Position numbers and translations under genes: made by a program
Source of the DNA: Pseudomonadota bacterium
GTDB lineage: Bacteria > Pseudomonadota > Alphaproteobacteria > Sphingomonadales > SMXR01
Assembly (NCBI GenBank): GCA_022566895.1
Contig: JADFIA010000004.1
Coordinates: 1,647-65,646 of the forward strand
Reading direction: 5' to 3'
DNA: 64,000 bases
Notes under the pieces: model-generated
What the model saw: only the letters and a program-made list of their open reading frames with translations
What the model was told of the DNA's origin: nothing
Databases searched by the model: none
In this document: positions 8,903-16,476 of the stretch, piece by piece
How the letters are laid out: each line of letters starts with the position of its first letter
Position numbering within the stretch: the stretch's first letter is position 1

Positions 8903-10203
8903 TTGTCGAGGGCACCTTGATCGATCGCCAGCACCGTGCCCAAGAGTACGTCGGCGCCGTTGGCCATATGACGTGGGCTGGTAAACTCCCTGGGGCTGTG
9001 GCTGATGCCGCCCCGTGAGGGCACGAAGATCATGCCGGTCGGCGTGATGGTCGCCAGATCCTGGGCGTCGTGACCGGCCCCCGAGGGCATTAGCCTGTAG
9101 GAATAACCGTACATCTGTGCCGCCCGGGCGATGATCCGGCGCAGGCGTGGATCGGTCGGCTCGGGATGTGAATCCACATCGATCAGATCGAAGCGGATCG
9201 AGGTTCCGGTCTGGTCGGCGATCTTGGCGGCGCGCATTTCAATCTCGGCAAACACCTGCTCCATTTTCGCCAGCTCGAGATCGCGTACCTCGAGGCTCAT
9301 CACCACGCGGCCCGGGATGACGTTGGGCGCCCCCGGCTCGGCCCGGATGCGCCCGACCGTGGCCACCTGCCGGCCCGGCATCTCAAGCGCCACTTGGTTG
9401 ATCGCCAGCGTCAGGCGGGCCGCGGCGACCAAGGCATCGCGGCGCCGGTTCATCGGTGTGGTGCCGGCGTGGTTGGCAAAACCGTCGATGGTCACATCCC
9501 ACCAGCGGATGCCAACGATGCCCTCGACCACCCCGATCTCAATCTCCGCCTCGTCGAGGATGGCTCCCTGTTCGATATGCAACTCGATAAAGGCCTTCAG
9601 TGCTCCCGGTTTGACCACCGCCGCGGCCAGACGCTCCGAATCGCCGCCGAGGATGTCGATGCCGTCGCGGATGGTCAGCCCCGAATGGCTCACCACATCC
9701 AAGGCCGCCGGCTTTAGGGCCCCGATCATGACCAGAGAGCCCACCAGCCCGCCTTCCTCGTTTGAAAAAACTACGACCTCTAACGGATGCCGGGTCACAT
9801 GGCCGGCGGCGTTTAAAAGATCGATCACCTCGAGGGCCGAGACGACCCCCACATCGCCGTCGTAATTACCGCCGCCGGGCACCGAATCGATGTGCGATCC
9901 GAACATGATCGACCGCAAGTCAGGCTCGCGCCCTTGGCGTCGGCCGATGATATTGCCGCCGCTATCTATCCGCACCTCGAGCCCCAATTCCTGCATCAGG
10001 CCTTTGATGTAGGCCCGACCCGCGATGTCGGCCGGGCTGTAGGCCACCCGGTCAACGCCGCCGGCCGCATTGGCGCCAAATTTGGCCAGCGCCTTTATGC
10101 GTGCCTCCATGCGCTCGGGCGAAGCGGCCGGGAACTCCCCGGCCTGGGCCGCCGCAGCGGCAACGGCAAGAAAGGCAAAGGCAAGCGTGAACATTCTGGT
10201 CAT
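8899..10203 (-). CDS. M20 family amidase (allantoate amidohydrolase / N-carbamoyl-amino-acid hydrolase type) with signal peptide
   Basis: MFGSHIDSVPGGGNYDGDVGVVSALEVI and NEEGG metal-site motifs. The N-terminus MTRMFTLAFAFLAVAAAAAQA looks like a signal peptide. Confidence 0.75.
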   Translation of the reverse strand: MTRMFTLAFAFLAVAAAAAQAGEFPAASPERMEARIKALAKFGANAAGGVDRVAYSPADIAGRAYIKGLMQELGLEVRIDSGGNIIGRRQGREPDLRSIMFGSHIDSVPGGGNYDGDVGVVSALEVIDLLNAAGHVTRHPLEVVVFSNEEGGLVGSLVMIGALKPAALDVVSHSGLTIRDGIDILGGDSERLAAAVVKPGALKAFIELHIEQGAILDEAEIEIGVVEGIVGIRWWDVTIDGFANHAGTTPMNRRRDALVAAARLTLAINQVALEMPGRQVATVGRIRAEPGAPNVIPGRVVMSLEVRDLELAKMEQVFAEIEMRAAKIADQTGTSIRFDLIDVDSHPEPTDPRLRRIIARAAQMYGYSYRLMPSGAGHDAQDLATITPTGMIFVPSRGGISHSPREFTSPRHMANGADVLLGTVLAIDQGALDN

Positions 10204-10215
10204 GATCTTTTTCCT

Positions 10216-11397
10216 CTAAACGGTCTGGAGATGCCTTGGATTTTCACCGAGACTGCGGTTCAAGGACGCAACGCTGCCCGCTTCCGGTTCTTGCCGCCTC
10301 TCCGCAACCGGCAGCAGGGCTCTCAGGCGGCGCGCTGAATCGATCAGGCACACTTCGCTTTCGGCCAAGGGTCCGGAGGAGTAGGAGGCCGACGCCATGC
10401 CCGCCTGAACCCGCTCGACCAGCGCCGTGTCCTCGCTATTGACGACCCGGTTGATGCGCCAGTTTAGATACCGCGCCAGCCGCATTTCGCGCCGTTCGTC
10501 GGGTAATGCGTAGGCCATCTCGCGGATCAGGGTCTGGCCCGGCGAGAGGGGAATAAACTGCATGAAATCAATCTGGTCGGGATAGATATCGAAGGCCAGA
10601 TTGGGCCACATGCGATAATAGAGCCAGCGCCGCCCTGCCGGGCCCGGTAGATGATCGAGCGGCGGCAAAATATCGCTGTAAGCGCGGACCGACCAGCCGG
10701 CTTTCCGGCTCGGCCGCAAATCCGCGGTCATCTTGTGGATGTCCCCCGCCACCTCGATGCGGTAGCTGTTGCCCACCAGGCTGGACAGGCCCGGGTGAGC
10801 GACCGGGATATGGAGGGCATCGACGTAATTATCAGCAATCTGCTTCCAGTTCACGGCCCGCCGGCGCAGGGTCACCCTGCCCAGAGGCTTAAGATCCTCA
10901 AACCGGTAGTCCTTGAGCTCGTCGCTGACGGCTGAAAACTGAGCGGCCACCGAGGGACCGTCATCGGCGGTAACCCGGACGAAGATAAAGCCTGCGAAAA
11001 TTTCGAGATCGAGTGGCTTGAGGCCATTGTCCTGGCGTTTCAGGCCTTTGAATTCCTGCTCATAGGGCACCGTGGCCAGGCGGCCGTCGAGCCCGTAGGA
11101 CCAAGCGTGGTAGGGGCAGGTGATGCGCTCGGCGCAATTGCCGCTGGGACCGTCGAGAAGCCGTGTGCCGCGGTGCCGGCAAACATTATGGAACCCCCTT
11201 GCCTGCCCATTATGGCCACGGATCACAACCAGACTCTGCCCCAGGATTTCCAGGGTGAAGTAGTCGCCGGGCTCCGGGATGTCGGCAGTGTGACAGACCA
11301 GCTGCCAGGATTTTGAGAACAGCTGTTGCCGCTCGAGCTCGAAAAACTCGGGGTTGGAATAGGTCCAGGCGGGCAGGCTTCGATGGGTAATGTGCAT
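10216..11397 (-). CDS. Rieske [2Fe-2S] aromatic-ring-hydroxylating oxygenase, alpha subunit
   Basis: CRHRGTRL...CPYHAWSY Rieske motif plus a C-terminal catalytic domain. Confidence 0.85.
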   Translation of the reverse strand: MHITHRSLPAWTYSNPEFFELERQQLFSKSWQLVCHTADIPEPGDYFTLEILGQSLVVIRGHNGQARGFHNVCRHRGTRLLDGPSGNCAERITCPYHAWSYGLDGRLATVPYEQEFKGLKRQDNGLKPLDLEIFAGFIFVRVTADDGPSVAAQFSAVSDELKDYRFEDLKPLGRVTLRRRAVNWKQIADNYVDALHIPVAHPGLSSLVGNSYRIEVAGDIHKMTADLRPSRKAGWSVRAYSDILPPLDHLPGPAGRRWLYYRMWPNLAFDIYPDQIDFMQFIPLSPGQTLIREMAYALPDERREMRLARYLNWRINRVVNSEDTALVERVQAGMASASYSSGPLAESEVCLIDSARRLRALLPVAERRQEPEAGSVASLNRSLGENPRHLQTV

Positions 11398-11440
11398 CGC
11401 CCATCCCTAGCCCTTGGCAGCGCCCATCGTCAAGCGGAGG

Positions 11441-11468
11441 GGCCCCCGGCGGCAGGGAACCGGGGGCC
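11441..11468. terminator. GC-rich hairpin between the AhpD-like and Rieske genes
   Basis: GGCCCCCGG-N10-CCGGGGGCC, a 9-bp stem with no U-tail. Confidence 0.25.
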
Positions 11469-11480
11469 GGGAGGGCCCGC

Positions 11481-12029
11481 CTAAGCGGCCCATTCTTGAG
11501 CGGAAAAGGCGCTGTCGAGGGGCGTGTCGGCGGCGTGATTGACGTAGTTTGACAGTGTTTTCATGGTCACACCGACCACCACTTCGAGATATTGGGCCGG
11601 TGTAAAGCCGGCCGCGGTGAAGGCGGATTTCGCCGCATCGGACGGCCAACCGCGGGTCTCGACGATCTCGCGGGTCAGCCTGGCCAAAGCTTCGAGCCTT
11701 GGATCTTCAAGCGGCGTGCCGTTGCGCAGCGCTTCTATGACTTCGGCCGGCACCTTTTGCATGGCCGCGGCAGTGCTATGAGCGGCCATGCAGTATTCAC
11801 ATTTGTTGACGTAGCTTGCAGACAAGATGACCGTCTGCTTTTCGCTCTCCGTCAGGCTGGTGCGGGCAAAAATATCCATCAGCGTCGTATAGGCCTCGGC
11901 GGCCGCCGGGGCTTCGGCCAAGATGCGGATTAGGTTGGGCACGAAGCCGAAGCTTTTTTGAACCGCCGCAAGGATCGGCTTTGAGGCGTCCGGAGCCGTG
12001 TCGAGGGAATGGATGGGGAAGGTTGCCAT
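11481..12029 (-). CDS. carboxymuconolactone decarboxylase / AhpD-like family protein
   Basis: CEYCMAAH CxxC-type motif in a 182-aa helical protein. Confidence 0.7.
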   Translation of the reverse strand: MATFPIHSLDTAPDASKPILAAVQKSFGFVPNLIRILAEAPAAAEAYTTLMDIFARTSLTESEKQTVILSASYVNKCEYCMAAHSTAAAMQKVPAEVIEALRNGTPLEDPRLEALARLTREIVETRGWPSDAAKSAFTAAGFTPAQYLEVVVGVTMKTLSNYVNHAADTPLDSAFSAQEWAA

Positions 12030-12069
12030 GATCTGATTCCTTTCATTGTCGGGGTTGTGACGCGTTCTC

Positions 12070-12822
12070 TTAGTTCAAGTGGTGACCCGCCGAATGACCG
12101 CCGTCAACCCGCAGGGTCGTGCCGGTGATAAAATCGTTGGTCGCCAACATTAATACGGCCTGAGCGATATTGTCGGATGCCCCGACGCGGCCAAGCAGAT
12201 GCAAACCGGCAAGACTGCTGGCATCGTCAATGCCGCCCTTGGCGTGGATCGGCGTATCGATCACACCCGGTGCAACGGTCGTGACGCGGATGTTGTCCTT
12301 GCCAAACTCGGCCGCCAATTGTTCGGTCAGGCTGTGAACCGCCGCTTTGCTGGCCAAAGCTGCCGTGGCAGGAAAGCCGCCGATGGCATGGGTCAGCAGT
12401 GTGGTTCCAATGTTGATAATGGCGCCGCCGCCGCGTTTTTTCAGCTCTGGAACCGCCGCCTGGCTGGCAAAGTAGGTACCCTTAAAGTTAATCGCGAAAA
12501 AACGGTCCAAATCAGCTTCTTCGGTATCCAAGAAGGGTTTCGGGCTGAAGATTCCGGCGTTGTTAACCAACACGTCAAGGCCGCCAAATTTCTCAACAGC
12601 GACGGCTGTCAGTTGATCGCCGACAGCCTTGTCGGACACATCACCGACCACAAGGGCGGCGTTTTCAGGTGAACCCAGGCTTTGATAGCCGGCTTCCAGA
12701 TTGGCTGCGTTGACCGAGTTCATGACAACGTTAAAACCGTTGTCCAGGAAAGTCCTGGTGATGGCCAGACCCAGACCGGTGGACGCACCGGTAACGATTG
12801 CTGTTTTGTTTTGTTGGGACAT
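12070..12822 (-). CDS. SDR family oxidoreductase
   Basis: TGASTGLGLA cofactor motif, NNAG, and a 250-aa length. Confidence 0.85.
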   Translation of the reverse strand: MSQQNKTAIVTGASTGLGLAITRTFLDNGFNVVMNSVNAANLEAGYQSLGSPENAALVVGDVSDKAVGDQLTAVAVEKFGGLDVLVNNAGIFSPKPFLDTEEADLDRFFAINFKGTYFASQAAVPELKKRGGGAIINIGTTLLTHAIGGFPATAALASKAAVHSLTEQLAAEFGKDNIRVTTVAPGVIDTPIHAKGGIDDASSLAGLHLLGRVGASDNIAQAVLMLATNDFITGTTLRVDGGHSAGHHLN

Positions 12823-12854
12823 TTTATTTTCCTTTGCGGTTGGATTGCGGTTGT

Positions 12855-13544
12855 TCAGGCGGCCGCCTTTTCGGGCTTGCCGCCCAGAAGAATGGCCGTT
12901 GATTCCTTGGTGAAAGTGGGCACCTCGTTAATCGCCGCGCCCCTGTGATACGCCCGGCGGACGGCCGGACGGGCCGCAATGCGGTCGTACCAGCGTTGGA
13001 CATTCTCAAAGCCGGGAAACTCACTGATCGTGTTGCGGATCCACGGATAGATCGCCATGTCGGCGATCGAATAGTCGCCGGCCACAAAATCACGATCCTC
13101 AAGCCGCCCGTCCAATACCCCGTAAAGGCGCTCGGCCTCGTTGCGGTAGCGATCGATGCCGTATTGAATTTTTTCCGGTGCGTAGCGGGAGAAGTGGAAA
13201 TACTGGCCGAGCATCGGCCCGATGCCGCCCATCTGCCAGTTCAGCCATTGCAGCACCTCGGCCCGCGCCTTCGGTTCGGTGGGCAGGAAACGCCCTTCCT
13301 TTTCGGCCAGATACTGGAGGATCGCCCCGGATTCGAAGACCGGGATCGGCTCACCGCCGTTCGCCGGCGCCTGATCGACGATTGCCGGAATGCGGTTGTT
13401 GGGCGAAATTTTCAGGAATGCGGGCTCGAACTGCTCGCCCTTCGAGATGTTTATGGGGCGCAGTTCGTACGGAACGCCAAGCTCTTCGAGCAAAATGGCC
13501 GGCTTGTAGCCATTGGGCGTGGTCCAGAAATAAAGATTAATCAT
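12855..13544 (-). CDS. yfcG: Nu-class glutathione S-transferase (YfcG-like disulfide reductase)
   Basis: MINLYFWTTPNGYKPAILLEE...FLKISPNNRIPAIVD...GGEPIPVFESGAILQYLAEK is collinear with my recollection of E. coli YfcG. Confidence 0.75.
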   Translation of the reverse strand: MINLYFWTTPNGYKPAILLEELGVPYELRPINISKGEQFEPAFLKISPNNRIPAIVDQAPANGGEPIPVFESGAILQYLAEKEGRFLPTEPKARAEVLQWLNWQMGGIGPMLGQYFHFSRYAPEKIQYGIDRYRNEAERLYGVLDGRLEDRDFVAGDYSIADMAIYPWIRNTISEFPGFENVQRWYDRIAARPAVRRAYHRGAAINEVPTFTKESTAILLGGKPEKAAA

Positions 13545-13630
13545 GGTGTCCTCCGCAGTTCGCGTTTCAGGTTCGCGGAGATATGTAGCGAAGAAAGTTC
13601 TTTACGTGTAGATCAAAAATTGGCAAAACA

Positions 13631-13651
13631 TTTGTGCGCGTAACGCACAAA
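13631..13651. promoter_or_regulatory. LysR-type operator (perfect dyad containing T-N11-A)
   Basis: TTTGTGCG-cgtaa-CGCACAAA. The core TGCGcgtaaCGCA is a T-N11-A motif. It sits in the divergent GST/LysR intergenic region. Confidence 0.6.
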
Positions 13652-13672
13652 TACTATTTCGGGAACTGGCAA

Positions 13673-14584
13673 TTGGACCGCCTAGCGACTTTATCCCTGT
13701 TCACAAAGGTTGTCGAGGCCGGGTCGTTCTCCGAGGCCGGACGACGGATGGGGCTGGCGCCCTCTTCGGTCTCCCGGAGCATGGTCGAGCTTGAAGGCTG
13801 GGTCGGCGCGACCCTTTTCCACCGCACCACCAGGCAGCTCAAACTGAGCGATGTCGGCCAGCGATTTCATGAGCGGGTGCCCGATATCCTCCTCGACCTC
13901 GAAGAGGCCCGGGTGGTGGCGGCACAGCTCGAGGATCACCCGACCGGGCTTTTGCGCCTCTCGGTGCCGGATAGCATGGAGCGTCACATGACCATGGCCA
14001 TGTGCGTCTTCCAGGCTCGTTGGCCGAGCGTGCACTTTTCCTTCGATTTTACCGACCGCGTTGTCGATCTGGTGGCCGAGGGATTTGATCTGGTGTTGCG
14101 CATCGGGCCGCTGCAGGATTCGACCCTCAAAGCCCGCAAAATAACAGACGCCCGTCGCACCCTTTGCGCCAGCCCCCGCTATCTCGAAAGGGCCGGCTGG
14201 CCCAAACGTCCCGAGGACCTGGCCGACCACAACTGCCTCACTTTCCGCACCAACCCCGGCTACAATGTCTGGCGGTTCGCGTCCGGCAAGACGATCGTCG
14301 ACGTGCGCGCCTCGGGCAGCTTCAGCGCCAACAGCGGTCGGGCCCTGATGGCCGCGGCCTGCGATGGTCTTGGGCTGGTCCTGGTGCCGGAATGGCTAGT
14401 CGGCGGCGCGCTGGCGCAAAACGAAGTGGTCGAGGTTCTGCCCGAATATGTTCCGGTCCCCAACCACTCACCGCTTTATGCGGTTCATCCCTATCAGCGC
14501 TTTGTGCCGCCCAAGGTCAAAACCTTCGTCGACTTTCTGGTCGCTCATTTTGGCCGGGACTACGACTGGACGTCGTCTCCCTAA
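13673..14584 (+). CDS. LysR family transcriptional regulator
   Basis: LDRLATLSLFTKVVEAGSFSEAGRRMGLAPSSVSRSM HTH followed by a substrate-binding domain. A TTG start at 13673 is preferred because the GTG at 13634 lies inside the operator. The start remains uncertain. Confidence 0.8.
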   Translation: MDRLATLSLFTKVVEAGSFSEAGRRMGLAPSSVSRSMVELEGWVGATLFHRTTRQLKLSDVGQRFHERVPDILLDLEEARVVAAQLEDHPTGLLRLSVPDSMERHMTMAMCVFQARWPSVHFSFDFTDRVVDLVAEGFDLVLRIGPLQDSTLKARKITDARRTLCASPRYLERAGWPKRPEDLADHNCLTFRTNPGYNVWRFASGKTIVDVRASGSFSANSGRALMAAACDGLGLVLVPEWLVGGALAQNEVVEVLPEYVPVPNHSPLYAVHPYQRFVPPKVKTFVDFLVAHFGRDYDWTSSP

Positions 14585-14623
14585 CGGCCCGACCGGTAGG
14601 TCATCCGAGACTGCAAGTTGGTC

Positions 14624-15619
14624 TTAAGGAGCTCCAGGATCGTCATTACGCTGCGACACGTATTCTTCGATGTTAACGCTCTTGGCATCCGGCGTCGGTT
14701 TGAACTTATGCCAACGCAAAAAGCGCCAGGCCGCCATCACATTGTGTGGATAAAAGCGATCGGTCCGATAGTGCACACCTGTTCTGTGCTCGATTACCGC
14801 CAGCGCCGCATCAATGCCCAGCTTATCGAGGCTGACATCGAACATGGCCTTGATCCGCTCACCGAATTGGTAATTGACATGAATTGCAGCCACGTAAAAC
14901 AGCCGGCTCAGGACGAGAAAGCCCATAGCTGCCAGATATCCCTCAATACGAAAGGTGGAAGACATCAATTCGATGCCCCAAATATTTTCCAGGAGGCCGT
15001 AAAATGTGAACAGGACGGTATTAAGAATGCTGCCAAAGCAGGCGTAGACCGCACTGTCGCACTGGGCCTGGTGCTCGTCCAGATTCTTTCGCATTTCTGG
15101 ATCCAGACCGAACCAGATCCGTTCCCAAAAGAAAACCCCGTCGACGCCATATTTGACTTTCGGATAGGTTTCAAAGCCGTAAATGACGTTGCCCAGCTCG
15201 GTCGGCACCATGGCGCTCACTTCCCCGGATTCAGGCGGATACTTTGCATTGCCGAGGGGATAGCGCTGGGCACGCAACTTGAATTCAAGCGCCCCCAGTT
15301 CGTCACCGGCATTCTCTAACTCGCTGGCCTTGTCCAGCCAATCCTTTAGGCGCTTTTTCTGGATGGCCAGGCCATTTTCGCGCGCCCTTCGCGGCCAATA
15401 GCGGCGGCCTTCGAGGAACATATAAATCGGCATATCCAGGAGCGTGAGAAACCAACCGACCGTGAGGATGAGAAACGGTAAAACCACGACAATGTCGGCA
15501 TCAATATCGAAGAGTCGGAGCAAACCCATGACGCCCGGCAAGAGCCCGAGCGAGACAAACGTCCCCGGTATCAGGAGCCGTAGAAAGATACGATTATCGA
15601 AGGACAGCGGCAGTTTCAT
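14624..15619 (-). CDS. uncharacterised 4-TM membrane protein (low G+C orphan)
   Basis: 331-aa ORF with two N-terminal TM helices, a soluble segment of about 110 aa (PTELGNVIYGFETYPKVKYGVDGVFFWERIW), two more TM helices and a soluble tail. It starts 6 nt after the HU stop. Confidence 0.6.
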   Translation of the reverse strand: MKLPLSFDNRIFLRLLIPGTFVSLGLLPGVMGLLRLFDIDADIVVVLPFLILTVGWFLTLLDMPIYMFLEGRRYWPRRARENGLAIQKKRLKDWLDKASELENAGDELGALEFKLRAQRYPLGNAKYPPESGEVSAMVPTELGNVIYGFETYPKVKYGVDGVFFWERIWFGLDPEMRKNLDEHQAQCDSAVYACFGSILNTVLFTFYGLLENIWGIELMSSTFRIEGYLAAMGFLVLSRLFYVAAIHVNYQFGERIKAMFDVSLDKLGIDAALAVIEHRTGVHYRTDRFYPHNVMAAWRFLRWHKFKPTPDAKSVNIEEYVSQRNDDPGAP

Positions 15620-15625
15620 GCGAAT

Positions 15626-15949
15626 TTATTCATCAGGGCCACCGCCGGCGCCATGGCCGCCGCCGCGGCCATATGCGGTGGTGACCACGGCCTTGAGAGC
15701 CTTCCCAGCCTTGAACTTGGGTTGATTGGAAGCCGGAATGTGAATCCGCTCGCCGGTCCGGGGATTACGCCCCATTGTGGCGGCGCGGTGGACCACCCTG
15801 AAGGTCCCGAAACCAACCAGCCGGACCGTGGTACCTGACGCCAAGGCGTCGCGAATTGCGTCGAGCACGCCATCAACAGCGCGTCCCGCATCTGCTTTGG
15901 AAAGCCCCGCGGAACCGGCCACAGAAGCAATAACATCGCTTTTATTCAT
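15626..15949 (-). CDS. HU family DNA-binding protein with Gly-rich C-terminal tail
   Basis: MNKSDVIASVAG...[44 protein letters not shown], plus the extra tail TTAYGRGGGHGAGGGPDE. GAAGGAG lies upstream of the ATG at 15949. Confidence 0.85.
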   Translation of the reverse strand: MNKSDVIASVAGSAGLSKADAGRAVDGVLDAIRDALASGTTVRLVGFGTFRVVHRAATMGRNPRTGERIHIPASNQPKFKAGKALKAVVTTAYGRGGGHGAGGGPDE

Positions 15950-16476
15950 GATAACTTCTTCCACTCCTTCGCGCTTGGTGTTGTTCGGCAACCCTCTCGG
16001 CGACTTGCGTCGTATATTTGGCCCGCAGCCTGATCAGGCGCTTCGTGCCAGACTTACTCTTGTAAGTCGAGCCCATTGTATCACAAGTCGATCTAGTTGT
16101 ATCCCCAGCCATTTGACGGCTTGCGGCCCATCCTGTGGGGCCTACAGCCCGACCGTTCGTCCTATCTGGGGATCGGCGGCAACGTCCCCACGATGATCAG
16201 AGAAACGGATCTAGCCCCGGCGAAGGGATACGCCGGACCGCTCCGTAACATATTCCATGAGTGGAATGTGGTAACCGATGGGGGCGTATAGGAAACAGTT
16301 TTTTGTCCCGCTCCACTCTCGCTTGGTCGCAAAGCCCTCGCCTGCGGGAAGAAAACCTGCTTGGATGCCGTTCCAGATGAGGCTGACATGCGATGCAGCG
16401 GAGCCTCAGAGGCATTTGGGGGAATGATCTGAGGCCAAGCGCAACCGGGGAAAAACAATCCTGCGGGGGAGAACGC

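Noticed and set aside
13634-13672. GTG at 13634 as the LysR start codon
   Set aside because: The codon lies inside the perfect operator dyad, and the extra 13 aa (MRVTHKYYFGNWQ) precede the normal LysR N-terminus. TTG at 13673 was preferred, though this is unproven.
16200-16476. Cobalamin or TPP riboswitch upstream of the TonB-dependent receptor
   Set aside because: Only a loose resemblance to a B12 box (GGAAGAaaACCTGC) is present. The conserved upstream core elements could not be found by eye. I do not claim it without an Infernal scan.
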